Origin: a virus
Taxonomy: Duplodnaviria > Caudoviricetes
Direction: 5' to 3' (one strand)
Virus record (IMG/VR): IMGVR_UViG_3300007231_001794
Span: 1-44,806 of that record
DNA: 44,806 bases
Shown here: positions 1 to 8,858 of the stretch, piece after piece
Numbering within the stretch: position 1 is the stretch's first letter
Layout: each line of letters starts with the position of its first letter
The notes under the pieces: model-generated
Seen by the model: only the letters and a program-made list of their open reading frames with translations
Database searches by the model: none
Told to the model about the DNA's origin: nothing
Made by a program: the position numbers and the translations under genes

Positions 1-43
1 GGTGGAGGATGAAAGGAAGAATGTTGAAGCCCGTGCGGCTTGA

Positions 44-436
44 TTATTCGCCATAGTCGACTTTAATGGTGTCGCTTTTGTGACCTTTTTGTTTTATTTC
101 GTCAAAATGCTTTGCACCGTTTCTGTTTTTTGAGTAGTCTTTAAAATACTTTTCTTTAACAGGATCAACGCCACCGTTCTTTTCCGCTCTAGTTTCACTA
201 AGTTCTTTGCTATAGTCCATCATATCGCCATAGCTTCCTTTTTTGTGTTCTGTCTTTTGTATAAACTCTTTTGAGCTATACGGGTCCACACAGGTGTCGA
301 TGGATGCGTTTGGTATAGTGAATACCCTTTTCCATTCCAGGCCCTCAGAATCGAAGTATACGTGCTTATCGTTCATCCCTTGAACAATCTCTTTGTATTT
401 TTCTCCGTCTGGAGATTTATAAATGTATATAGGCAT
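44..436 (-). CDS. FmdB-like regulatory/zinc-ribbon family protein (Cys ligands absent)
   Basis: N-terminus MPIYIYK...EIVQGMND resembles the FmdB MPxYeY start; no CxxC pairs; preceded by TAGAAA-17-TATAAT. Confidence 0.5.
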   Translation of the reverse strand: MPIYIYKSPDGEKYKEIVQGMNDKHVYFDSEGLEWKRVFTIPNASIDTCVDPYSSKEFIQKTEHKKGSYGDMMDYSKELSETRAEKNGGVDPVKEKYFKDYSKNRNGAKHFDEIKQKGHKSDTIKVDYGE

Positions 437-452
437 ATTCTATTATAGAGAA

Positions 453-480
453 ACAGGGGCAGTATTTCTACCACCCCTGC
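453..480 (-). terminator. Intrinsic terminator-like hairpin after hsp20, possibly bidirectional
   Basis: Minus strand GCAGGGGTGGTA-GAAA-TACTGCCCCTGT, 12-bp stem with G-U pairs and a GNRA loop; T-run follows on the plus strand at 481. Confidence 0.7.
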
Positions 481-506
481 TTTTTATTTATTTAATAATG
501 GTTTGG

Positions 507-827
507 TTATTGGATTTTAATTTCCACCGACTCTTTAATCACCTTTTTGGGCATAACAATGCTTAATAGACCATTAGACATTTTTGATGTAATTTCTAAC
601 GGACACACTAAGTCATTTAAAGCAATGGAGAAGGTTTTTTCTTTTTCTCCTTTTTTGGCTGTGACCTTTATTACGTCGTTGTTTGCCGTAATGTTTACTT
701 CTTTTTTAGAGAAACCAGCCAATTCTAATTCAGCTGTATAAACGTCGTCACTGCTTTTAATCCATTTGCATTCTTTTGGATAAGCCCTGCTATCTGGTTT
801 GAATAATTCTTCAAATAATGTAGTCAT
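507..827 (-). CDS. Small heat-shock protein (Hsp20/alpha-crystallin domain)
   Basis: ELELAGFSKKEVNI and SKMSNGLLSIVMPK motifs plus C-terminal IxI (IKI). Confidence 0.88.
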   Translation of the reverse strand: MTTLFEELFKPDSRAYPKECKWIKSSDDVYTAELELAGFSKKEVNITANNDVIKVTAKKGEKEKTFSIALNDLVCPLEITSKMSNGLLSIVMPKKVIKESVEIKIQ

Positions 828-840
828 AATATGTTTCTAT

Positions 841-857
841 TGCATGTTTTGTGCCAA
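841..857 (-). promoter_or_regulatory. Sigma-54 (-24/-12)-type promoter upstream of hsp20
   Basis: Minus strand TTGGCACAAAACATGCA with exact GG-N10-GC spacing; ATG lies 14 nt after the GC. Confidence 0.6.
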
Positions 858-866
858 GTGAAAAAC

Positions 867-1925
867 CTAGGAAATATGGGCTAAAATGCCATCAACTGTA
901 TTTGAATACGACATTTTTTCCGCTAATTTTTGTCCCTCTGTGTTAACTTGTCCCACTTTCTTCTCGGCCTGTTCCATTGCAGCTATCATTGTTTCTTCAT
1001 TACAATCAAAGAATTCACCTTGATTAAATGCGTGTCCTTTGATGAAAAATCTATTGTCATAACAATCCATTCTTCCAGTTGGCTCGACTATAATTGCATT
1101 CTTATCATTTGCCCAATCTTTATGGGATGTGGCGTTAAGAACAACACTCCATTTTCCTAGGCAAGTTGCGTTAAAAGATGGAAGATTCCAACCTTCAGCA
1201 CCAGAAAGACCAGTTAAATCAATATCTATTGCGTTAAGAAGTTCATTGACTTCTGAATTTTTCTTAAGAAACGGAAGGAAGTTTATGTTCGTGTACCTTT
1301 CTCCTTCTAGAACTGCATTAATAACATGGGACATTTCATCTTCCTTAAAGAACGGATTGGAAATACAGCAAGTAAGCTGATACTTGTTGTTGTTTCCATA
1401 TTTTTTTGCCCAAGCTTTAATAATTTCTCCTGTGTGCTTTCTTTTTTCAAATTTTCCCATTAAGCCAAAATGTATCACTCCATCAAGATATGTCTTTTGT
1501 GTTCGATGAAAATCTTTATCAAATCCAAGAGGGACAAAATCAGCCCCAAAAAGACCAGAAGAATAAGAAGAGCTAAAAATTGTTTTAGTTTGTGCGTCGC
1601 AGATTTTCTTTTCTACTTCAGTAGGTTCGCTACATTCATAAAAGGTATATAAATACTGGTTTGCGTTCTTCCTGTCTTCAGAACCGTTTAGGTGCCAAAT
1701 CTTTAATGCTGGAATATCTTCCGATAGATAATTGAACCTATTGTTAATCGATTCCTGAATTTTATTATTCAAATCATCTGGAACATCATAAGCAGAAAGA
1801 TCAACATTTTGCCCTATTGGAAAAATTCCTACATCATGCCCCTTATCGAAGAGTTCTCGGATAATGTTATAACTAACATTACCGAAACTCAACGAATTAA
1901 GAGCTGCCTCTACAAGAATTTTCAT
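867..1925 (-). CDS. GT-B glycosyltransferase (GT4-like)
   Basis: YTFYE, VPLGFD, GKFEKRKH and SGAEGWNLPSFNA (ExFGLP-like) motifs. Confidence 0.8.
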   Translation of the reverse strand: MKILVEAALNSLSFGNVSYNIIRELFDKGHDVGIFPIGQNVDLSAYDVPDDLNNKIQESINNRFNYLSEDIPALKIWHLNGSEDRKNANQYLYTFYECSEPTEVEKKICDAQTKTIFSSSYSSGLFGADFVPLGFDKDFHRTQKTYLDGVIHFGLMGKFEKRKHTGEIIKAWAKKYGNNNKYQLTCCISNPFFKEDEMSHVINAVLEGERYTNINFLPFLKKNSEVNELLNAIDIDLTGLSGAEGWNLPSFNATCLGKWSVVLNATSHKDWANDKNAIIVEPTGRMDCYDNRFFIKGHAFNQGEFFDCNEETMIAAMEQAEKKVGQVNTEGQKLAEKMSYSNTVDGILAHIS

Positions 1926-2300
1926 TTAAAATGGTACGTCTTCTTCTTGCGAACTTGTTGCTTTTGATGATGCTGTTCCACCACTAGAGTCTTCATCTTT
2001 AGATGAAACATTCAAGAATTGGAAACTTTGACCAGCAATAAATACCTTGGTATTCTTCTTTCCATCCTTTTCCCAAGAAGAAGATCGAAGCTCTCCTTGT
2101 GCGATAATGCTGCGGCCCTTTTTGAGGTACTCTTCAGCGATTTCTGCCTGTCGGCTCCAGAACTCTACGTCCATGAAACAAGGCTCTTTTGCTCTATTAG
2201 AAGAGATGCAAAGGCGAACCTTGCAAAATTTCTTTGAACTAACTTCCCTAACCTCTGGATCAGAGACTAGGTATCCTGCTGCTACTACTGTGTTATACAT
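1926..2300 (-). CDS. ssb: Single-stranded DNA-binding protein
   Basis: NTVVAAGYLVSDPEVR, FWSRQAE..AEEYLKKG, GELRSSSWEKDG and acidic tail EEDVPF. Confidence 0.93.
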   Translation of the reverse strand: MYNTVVAAGYLVSDPEVREVSSKKFCKVRLCISSNRAKEPCFMDVEFWSRQAEIAEEYLKKGRSIIAQGELRSSSWEKDGKKNTKVFIAGQSFQFLNVSSKDEDSSGGTASSKATSSQEEDVPF

Positions 2301-2868
2301 AATTGTTATCGAATTTGTGTTTTACTTTTTTAATGAATTTATTGTGGATGTTTATACAACCTTGAATGCTTAATTTTAATTCCTCGGAAGCCGTTCTCCA
2401 CGGTACAAGTCTATTATTGGTGGTGTTGTAACGAATGTCAATGATTTTTTTTACTCTTGGGTCGTTTTCTTGTTCTAGCATACTATTAAAAACGTCGAAA
2501 GCCTCCATTTTAGAAAGGATTTCGCATGAATCATCTTCATCAGAAATTTTATTATAAACTTTGTCTATACTTGAAAACCTCTTGTTTTTCATGGCATTAA
2601 TCGCATTTAAACACTTCCACTTTGTCTGGTTAGCTAAGAATGTCGAGAACTTACTGTTCTTGTCTGGGTTGTAGTCTAACGCTGACTGATATATTGTATA
2701 GTCTTTATCATCCAATATAAAGTCCCTATTAACAACAGAATTTTTGTGTTTGGTATATTTGTCCACAATATAAACATATATTCCAGAGTGCCTATTAATA
2801 AGCTCAATTAGACAACTATCGTCGCCGTCTGATTTTATTTTGTTTATGAGTGACAGGTCGCTTTCCAT
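2293..2868 (-). CDS. Phage sigma-70-family RNA polymerase sigma factor
   Basis: Region-2-like YQSALDYNPDKNSKFSTFL and region-4 HTH-like PWRTASEELKLSIQGCINIH. Confidence 0.78.
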   Translation of the reverse strand: MESDLSLINKIKSDGDDSCLIELINRHSGIYVYIVDKYTKHKNSVVNRDFILDDKDYTIYQSALDYNPDKNSKFSTFLANQTKWKCLNAINAMKNKRFSSIDKVYNKISDEDDSCEILSKMEAFDVFNSMLEQENDPRVKKIIDIRYNTTNNRLVPWRTASEELKLSIQGCINIHNKFIKKVKHKFDNNYV

Positions 2869-3428
2869 ATATCGTAAGTTTCTTGGTTAATTAGTGAGTT
2901 TAGAATTTCGTTGGCGGTTAATTGTATAAGTTTGTCATCATCAAAATTGCCTATTTCGAACTCAAGGTCTACTTCTTTTGCCATGTTTTTATTGTGGAGT
3001 TCTTCATATTCGTTTGCTGGTTTTATACCATCCCTCTTTATAAGCAAGGAAAAACCATTGTTTTTTTTAATCCACCTAAGCTCATTTGGGAATCTTAAGT
3101 CAGTTATAATGTTTACTTGATTATCATACAGACTAGGCTCTATTTTTTCAATCCAAATATTATCATTCAACTTTCTCATTATATCTGTGCCCCAGCAAAC
3201 AAGCAGCGGCCTAATCAAATCCTTTTCATTTTTGTCCTTTGTAAAAGCGGAGATACCTGTTTCTTGAATCAAGAACTCATCCAAAGACTTTCTGAGTTCA
3301 AATGCAAACGACAACCTTTGTGCTTTTATTCCCTGGTCAGCCAGTATCTTTTCGAAGTTTTCACCTAAGGTGTCCTTTCCAGATCCAGCGTTACCAGCAA
3401 TCCCTATTATTTTATAATCTAAGTTCAT
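2844..3428 (-). CDS. Deoxynucleoside monophosphate kinase
   Basis: P-loop IIGIAGNAGSGKDT, SFA, R-x-L...WGT..R and ITDLRFPNE motifs typical of phage dNMP kinases. Confidence 0.85.
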   Translation of the reverse strand: MNLDYKIIGIAGNAGSGKDTLGENFEKILADQGIKAQRLSFAFELRKSLDEFLIQETGISAFTKDKNEKDLIRPLLVCWGTDIMRKLNDNIWIEKIEPSLYDNQVNIITDLRFPNELRWIKKNNGFSLLIKRDGIKPANEYEELHNKNMAKEVDLEFEIGNFDDDKLIQLTANEILNSLINQETYDIWKATCHS

Positions 3429-3450
3429 AATACCTTACTGCTTAAACACT

Positions 3451-3478
3451 AGTTTAACACATAGATATTTAGAGTCAA
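3451..3478 (-). promoter_or_regulatory. Sigma-70-like promoter for the leftward block
   Basis: Minus strand TTGACT-16 nt-TAAACT with extended -10 TG. Confidence 0.55.
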
Positions 3479-3516
3479 GATGTTTATCTTGTTTTATTAA
3501 TAAAAAATATTAATCT

Positions 3517-3622
3517 AATACTGCTTATTAAATAGACTCGTAAAGTACTACTATACGGTAACGTATTTGGTTACCCTTGATTAAACACTTATCGATTAGT
3601 AATCTATTTAATAAGTAGTATT
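3517..3622. repeat. 22-bp imperfect inverted repeat in the divergent intergenic region
   Basis: AATACTGCTTATTAAATAGACT (3517-3538) and AATCTATTTAATAAGTAGTATT (3601-3622) are complementary at 20 of 22 positions. Confidence 0.85.
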
Positions 3623-3798
3623 TCTTATCTTATAGTATTTCTAATAGAAGTTCTATAGGATTCCTTATTTTCAATCGTCGAGCACTTGATTTACGATGAT
3701 CTTTTTGCTTCCCGTTTTTTTATTATAGTAATCGTTCCACATTTTTTCCAAAAAAAGTTCATTTTTTTTCAACTAAAAAAAGTTACTATATTTTCTGG

Positions 3799-3826
3799 TT
3801 GACTGTGACCGAGGAAATGTTAAGGT
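3799..3826 (+). promoter_or_regulatory. Sigma-70-like promoter for the nrd block
   Basis: TTGACT-16 nt-TAAGGT with extended TG and upstream A/T tracts. Confidence 0.45.
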
Positions 3827-3902
3827 GTAATTTATGTCAGCGACTATATTCGGGGCTAATTCGCGGCCAAAAAACCAATCAACAATAACCAAAAAAATAA
3901 AA

Positions 3903-4880
3903 ATGAGCATATTCGAGGAGCAAATATCAAGAAAACCTAATCATTATCCGTGGGCAGAAGAATTTATTGAGGTGATGCATAATGGTTTTTGGACTGATAA
4001 GGAATTCAGTTTCTCGTCCGATGTTCAAGATTTCCATATTACAATGGACGATCAACAAAGGGAAATCATAATTAGAACGTTATCAGCAATCGGTCAGATC
4101 GAAGTTGCTGTTAAGAAATTCTGGGCTAAATTAGGAGACAATCTCCCTCACCCATCCCTTACTGACCTTGGTTATGTAATGGCAAATGTAGAGGTAATAC
4201 ACAACAATGCTTACGAAAGACTGTTGAAGGTCCTTGGTTTGGAGGATGTATTTGAAGAGAATCTTAAATTAGATTTTATCGAAGGTAGGGTGAGCTACTT
4301 GCGCAAATACACCCATAGGTTTTACAAAGACTCTAAGAAACAATACCTATATGCACTTACATTGTTTACCCTGTTTGTGGAAAATGTGTCTTTGATGAGT
4401 CAGTTCTACGTTATTAATTGGTTCTCAAGAAACAAAAACGTATTAAAAGATACAGAGCAACAGGTTAGATATACAAGGAACGAAGAAAACATTCATGCTC
4501 AAGTTGGAATTAAGATCATAAATACAATAAGAGAAGAGCATCCAGAGCTATTTGATGCAGAACTTGAGGAGAGAATTATTCACGAAGCTAAAGAAGCTTA
4601 TATAGCAGAGGCTAAGATTATTGATTGGATGGTTAACGGTATTAATGAGAAAGGTCTCAGCGCTCCAGTGCTTAAAGAATTTATTAAAGCTAGAATAAAT
4701 GAATCCCTAGAACAAATTTCATTTAAAAAGGCATTTGATATTGACAACGATCTAATTAAAGATACAATGTGGTTTGAAGAGGAGTTGATGGGTAACAACT
4801 CTACAGATTTCTTCCATTCTCGTCCCGTAGAATATTCAAAAAAATCACAAACATTTGACTTAGATAGCGTATTTGCATGA
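3903..4880 (+). CDS. nrdB: Ribonucleotide reductase beta subunit, class Id-like
   Basis: Ferritin-like ligands QIEVAVK, EVIHNNAY, FVENV, EENIH; C-terminal DFF; start placed at MSIF (3903) rather than 3834. Confidence 0.93.
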   Translation: MSIFEEQISRKPNHYPWAEEFIEVMHNGFWTDKEFSFSSDVQDFHITMDDQQREIIIRTLSAIGQIEVAVKKFWAKLGDNLPHPSLTDLGYVMANVEVIHNNAYERLLKVLGLEDVFEENLKLDFIEGRVSYLRKYTHRFYKDSKKQYLYALTLFTLFVENVSLMSQFYVINWFSRNKNVLKDTEQQVRYTRNEENIHAQVGIKIINTIREEHPELFDAELEERIIHEAKEAYIAEAKIIDWMVNGINEKGLSAPVLKEFIKARINESLEQISFKKAFDIDNDLIKDTMWFEEELMGNNSTDFFHSRPVEYSKKSQTFDLDSVFA

Positions 4881-6547
4881 AAAAATATTATTGGAACAAC
4901 GAAACTTCGCAGCAGATCTTAAACAGGGGGTATCTTGATGGCGAAAGCTTGATTGGCAGGGTGTTGAGTGTAGGGGAAGCATTTCAAAAAGACTTCGTAT
5001 CTCGCGCTCCTGCAGAACATAAAAATAAATTTTCTGGTCTATGTGAGAAATTCGAGCATTACATGTCTCTTGGTTTTTTCTCTTTATCTAGTCCTGTCTG
5101 GGCTAACTATGGAAGAGATAGGGGACTGCCTGTTTCCTGTAATGGTGTGTTTGTACCAGATACAATGGAGGGAATTCTGACAAAACAGTCTGAGGTTGGT
5201 ATGCAAACCAAACACGGGGCTGGAACTTCTGGTTATTTTGGTGAGCTTAGAGGCAGGGGTAAGTCAATTAGCACAGGAGGAAGCTCATCTGGCTCGGTTC
5301 ACTTCATGGAGTTATTTGACAAGGTGACTTCAGTGGTATCTCAGAGTAGTGTGAGAAGAGGTTCTTTTGCTGCTTATCTCCCTGTCGACCACCCAGATAT
5401 CGAAGAGTTTCTCCGTATCAGGTCTGATGGACACCCTATTCAGGATTTATCGTTTGCTGTCACCATTACAGACGAATGGATGGAGGGCATGAAAGGCGGT
5501 GACATTGACAAGCGAAAGATCTGGGCGAAGATTGTTCAGAAGAAGTTTGAATCTGGCTATCCATATTTATTCTTCCAAGATACCGCAAATAAAAATGCGC
5601 CTCAAGTTTATAAAGATAAAAATATGAAGATCTATGCTTCAAATCTTTGTAACGAAATTGCGTTACCTTCCTCACCAGAAGAGTCGTTTGTCTGTTGTTT
5701 ATCTTCTCTTAATTTGGAGAGGTGGGATGAGATTGTTAAGACCGATGCTATTGAAACAATGGTTTACTTTCTTGATTCTGTAATGGAGGAATACATTAAT
5801 AAGACTGAGGATATTCCTTATATGGAATTTGACCACAACTTTGCAAAGCGTCACAGAGCTTTGGGGATGGGTGTTCTTGGCTGGCATTCTTACTTGCAGG
5901 ACAACATGATTTCTTTTGAGAGTATGGAGGCTAAAATGAAAAATGCAGAAATCTTCAGAACAATCAGAGAAAGAGCAGACAAGGCTACAGAAGAACTAGC
6001 TAAAATATTTGGAGAGCCAGAAGTCTTAAAAGGCTACGGTCGCAGGAATACAACAACAATGGCCGTTGCCCCAACTACCACAAGTTCTCTTATTCTCGGT
6101 CAGGTATCTCAAGGCATCGAGCCAACTGTCAACTATTATACAAAGAATTCAGCCAAAGGAAAATTCACAATCAGAAGTCCACATTTAGAGAGACTTCTTG
6201 AATCTAAAGGCAAAAACACAGAAGCTGTATGGAAATCCATCTTGGTTAGGGACGGCTCAGTTCAACATCTTAATTTTCTAGACGAACACGAAAAAAATGT
6301 ATTTAAAACATTTTCAGAAGTATCGCAGAAAGAAATTGTAATACAAGCGTCTCAACGTCAAAAGTACATTGATCAAGGGCAATCTTTAAATTTGATGGTT
6401 CACCCCAAAGCTTCTCCAAAGGAAGTCAGTGATCTTATGATTTTAGGTTGGGAAATGGGTCTTAAGGGGTTTTATTACCAAAGAAGCACAAACCCTAGCC
6501 AAGCACTAGCACAATCTATTATGGAATGTACCTCTTGCGAAGGTTGA
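4877..6547 (+). CDS. nrdA: Ribonucleotide reductase alpha subunit, short form without ATP cone
   Basis: SSPVWAN, PVSC, SNLCNEI, APTTTSS, YY and C-terminal CTSCEG; ATGA overlap with nrdB. Confidence 0.95.
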   Translation: MKKYYWNNETSQQILNRGYLDGESLIGRVLSVGEAFQKDFVSRAPAEHKNKFSGLCEKFEHYMSLGFFSLSSPVWANYGRDRGLPVSCNGVFVPDTMEGILTKQSEVGMQTKHGAGTSGYFGELRGRGKSISTGGSSSGSVHFMELFDKVTSVVSQSSVRRGSFAAYLPVDHPDIEEFLRIRSDGHPIQDLSFAVTITDEWMEGMKGGDIDKRKIWAKIVQKKFESGYPYLFFQDTANKNAPQVYKDKNMKIYASNLCNEIALPSSPEESFVCCLSSLNLERWDEIVKTDAIETMVYFLDSVMEEYINKTEDIPYMEFDHNFAKRHRALGMGVLGWHSYLQDNMISFESMEAKMKNAEIFRTIRERADKATEELAKIFGEPEVLKGYGRRNTTTMAVAPTTTSSLILGQVSQGIEPTVNYYTKNSAKGKFTIRSPHLERLLESKGKNTEAVWKSILVRDGSVQHLNFLDEHEKNVFKTFSEVSQKEIVIQASQRQKYIDQGQSLNLMVHPKASPKEVSDLMILGWEMGLKGFYYQRSTNPSQALAQSIMECTSCEG

Positions 6548-6588
6548 GATTTCATTATTATAAAATTTTAGTGTAATCAATTGATATA

Positions 6589-7461
6589 ATGGAATACGAT
6601 TTTTCTAAACAAATCAAAGATCTAAATAAGGATCTTCAGGACAATTATTTAAGCCCATCAGAGGCTTCTGAAATAATAGCTTCCATTATTTCTGGAAAGG
6701 CTCAGAAACACAATGATCATTACGAGAATCAAGTATCAGAAGATCAATTGAAGAGAGTTTATTTGAGGGGTTCCGATTCCTATAATTCTACTCATAGAGT
6801 TGGCAAAACCAAAAGCCAGTGGGCTATAGCCAGGGTTAATATGTTCTTAAAGATGAACAGAGGTGAAAATGTCGATCAACAATATATTGAATCCGAAAAA
6901 GACATTATATCTAACGATTACTGCGAAGAAGACGAAAATGAATGTTCATTCTTTTCTTTTTCTGATCTAGACTTGAACTTAGCAAATTTAGATTTAATTA
7001 AAGCTGGTTTAGAAAAATGGGATCAAGATACTGAATGCGAAGAACTATTCTATTCAGAAGCTGAAAAAAAGACACTCAACAAACCCTTCAGACTAAAAGG
7101 AGAAAAAAAGAAATTTGGTGTTTATGTTAAAAGCCCCAAAACAGGCAACGTTATTGTAGTTAAGTTTGGTGATCCAAATATGGAGATCAAAAGAGACGAC
7201 CCAGATCGCCGTCGCAGTTTTAGAGCTAGACACAAGTGTGATACGGCTAAAGACAAAACTACACCTCGTTATTGGTCTTGTAAGATGTGGAGCAAAAAGC
7301 CAGTAAACAAATCAGTCTCCTCTGAAGCTTTAGAGTGGGACGAAGAAGAATTGATCAGCGAGTGGGGCTGGGACGAATCTTCTGTTATCGAAGATAAAGA
7401 TTATTTCAAAGACTTCGATCACCTAAAAGATTGCAAAATAGTTGAAGAAGAAGACGTTTGA
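6589..7461 (+). CDS. Two-domain viral hypothetical protein (DUF5824-like and DUF6321-like motifs)
   Basis: N-part VYLRG...QWAIARVNMF; C-part KFGDPNM...RRRSFRARHKC...YWSC..W; family names recalled, not searched. Confidence 0.55.
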   Translation: MEYDFSKQIKDLNKDLQDNYLSPSEASEIIASIISGKAQKHNDHYENQVSEDQLKRVYLRGSDSYNSTHRVGKTKSQWAIARVNMFLKMNRGENVDQQYIESEKDIISNDYCEEDENECSFFSFSDLDLNLANLDLIKAGLEKWDQDTECEELFYSEAEKKTLNKPFRLKGEKKKFGVYVKSPKTGNVIVVKFGDPNMEIKRDDPDRRRSFRARHKCDTAKDKTTPRYWSCKMWSKKPVNKSVSSEALEWDEEELISEWGWDESSVIEDKDYFKDFDHLKDCKIVEEEDV

Positions 7462-7474
7462 TATATAATCATGT

Positions 7475-8194
7475 GTGATTGATTCTCCACGCGTTAGTAT
7501 TATAACATCTGTTTATAAGTGTTCAGACTTCTTGTTTGAATTCTTTTTGGACGTAAAAAGACAAAGCATTTTTACAGAGTGTGAATTGTTAATAATAGAC
7601 GCTAACGAAGATGTTGACAACGAAGATTACAAAATAATTTCTCAATTTTTAAGTCTACCAAACATCAAATATAAGCATGTTGGCAAATGCTCTGTTTACG
7701 AAGCTTGGAATATAGGAATCAAGCTGGCCAAATCTGAAATCTTAACAAACTGGAATACCGATGACAGGAGAAAATGGAACTCTCTTGGTTATCAAGTTGA
7801 GTATCTAGAAAATAATAAAGAAGTTGATCTTTGTTATGGTTTATTAAAGATAAGTAATTGTAAAAACGAACTCTTCGAAGATTGTAATACTGGTAAAGTT
7901 TGGGCGAGTCTTGATGGTAATTTAGAAAATCAACTCAAACATAACTCGCCTCATTGTATGCCCGTGTGGAGAAAAGATGTTCACGATAAATTTGGAATGT
8001 TCGATGAATCTTATTTCTCTGCTTCTGATTATGATATGTGGTTTAGAATTTTAAAAGGCGGCGGTAATCTAAAAAAATTGGATAAACTAGTAGGTGTTTA
8101 TTACGAAAACCAGAAATCAATATCTAGAAACAGAAAAACCCTTGAAAAAGCAATGGACGAAGTCCGTTCTGTAGTAGAAAAATACACAGTATGA
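7475..8194 (+). CDS. GT2-family glycosyltransferase
   Basis: VSIITSVY, AWNIGI, NTDD, FDESY.SASDYDMWFR. Confidence 0.9.
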   Translation: MIDSPRVSIITSVYKCSDFLFEFFLDVKRQSIFTECELLIIDANEDVDNEDYKIISQFLSLPNIKYKHVGKCSVYEAWNIGIKLAKSEILTNWNTDDRRKWNSLGYQVEYLENNKEVDLCYGLLKISNCKNELFEDCNTGKVWASLDGNLENQLKHNSPHCMPVWRKDVHDKFGMFDESYFSASDYDMWFRILKGGGNLKKLDKLVGVYYENQKSISRNRKTLEKAMDEVRSVVEKYTV

Positions 8195-8856
8195 ACATCA
8201 TATCATTTAGCTTGTGGGGCAACAAACCAAAATACTGTATTGGTGCTGTTAAAAACGCAGAATTAGCCAAGGACTTTTACCCAGATTGGGAGTGTGTTTT
8301 TTATGTGTCAAACGACGTATCAGAAAAGTATACAAAACAACTCAAAGATCTTGGGGCTAAGTTAATATACATCAACGAAAAGCCGAACTTCTCATTTAAT
8401 GCTAATAGATTTTTAGCTATGGATCTTGAGGGTGTTAATCACGTTATATTCAGGGATACGGATTCTCGTTTTTGTCAAAGAGAAGTTGACGCAGTTAACG
8501 AATGGGTGGAAAAAGGTACAGCGCTTCATATAATGAAAGATCATCCATACCACGGAAACTTCCCAATTTTAGCTGGTATGTTTGGCTTAAATAAATCCAA
8601 GTTTCCATATTCAATGGGTGAGTCGTTAAGGTTTTTTAGAAATCAAACACAAGGAAGATTTAATGGAGAATATTATTTTGATCAAATTTTCCTTAGAGAT
8701 TTTATATGGAATAATTTTAATGAAGATAGTACCATTCATGACGAATTTTTTCATTTTAGACCTTTTCCAAGTGGAAGAGTTGACAAAAGATTTATTGGAG
8801 AATCCTTCGAAGAGGACGATAGCAGAAACGAGGAGCACTTAAAGTTTATTAGATAA
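8191..8856 (+). CDS. Putative GT-A glycosyltransferase-like protein
   Basis: IISFSLWG start, RFL, DxD motif FRDTDSR, AGMFG, DQIFL; inside the sugar cluster. Confidence 0.6.
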   Translation: MNIISFSLWGNKPKYCIGAVKNAELAKDFYPDWECVFYVSNDVSEKYTKQLKDLGAKLIYINEKPNFSFNANRFLAMDLEGVNHVIFRDTDSRFCQREVDAVNEWVEKGTALHIMKDHPYHGNFPILAGMFGLNKSKFPYSMGESLRFFRNQTQGRFNGEYYFDQIFLRDFIWNNFNEDSTIHDEFFHFRPFPSGRVDKRFIGESFEEDDSRNEEHLKFIR

Positions 8857-8858
8857 TA

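Noticed and set aside
828-866. CIRCE/HrcA operator before hsp20
   Set aside because: TTGGCAC resembles one arm but the second GAGTGCTAA arm is absent; GG-N10-GC fits sigma-54 better.
3834-3902. N-terminal extension of NrdB from ATG 3834
   Set aside because: Family resemblance starts at MSIF (3903) and the extension is A-rich and leader-like; it cannot be fully excluded.
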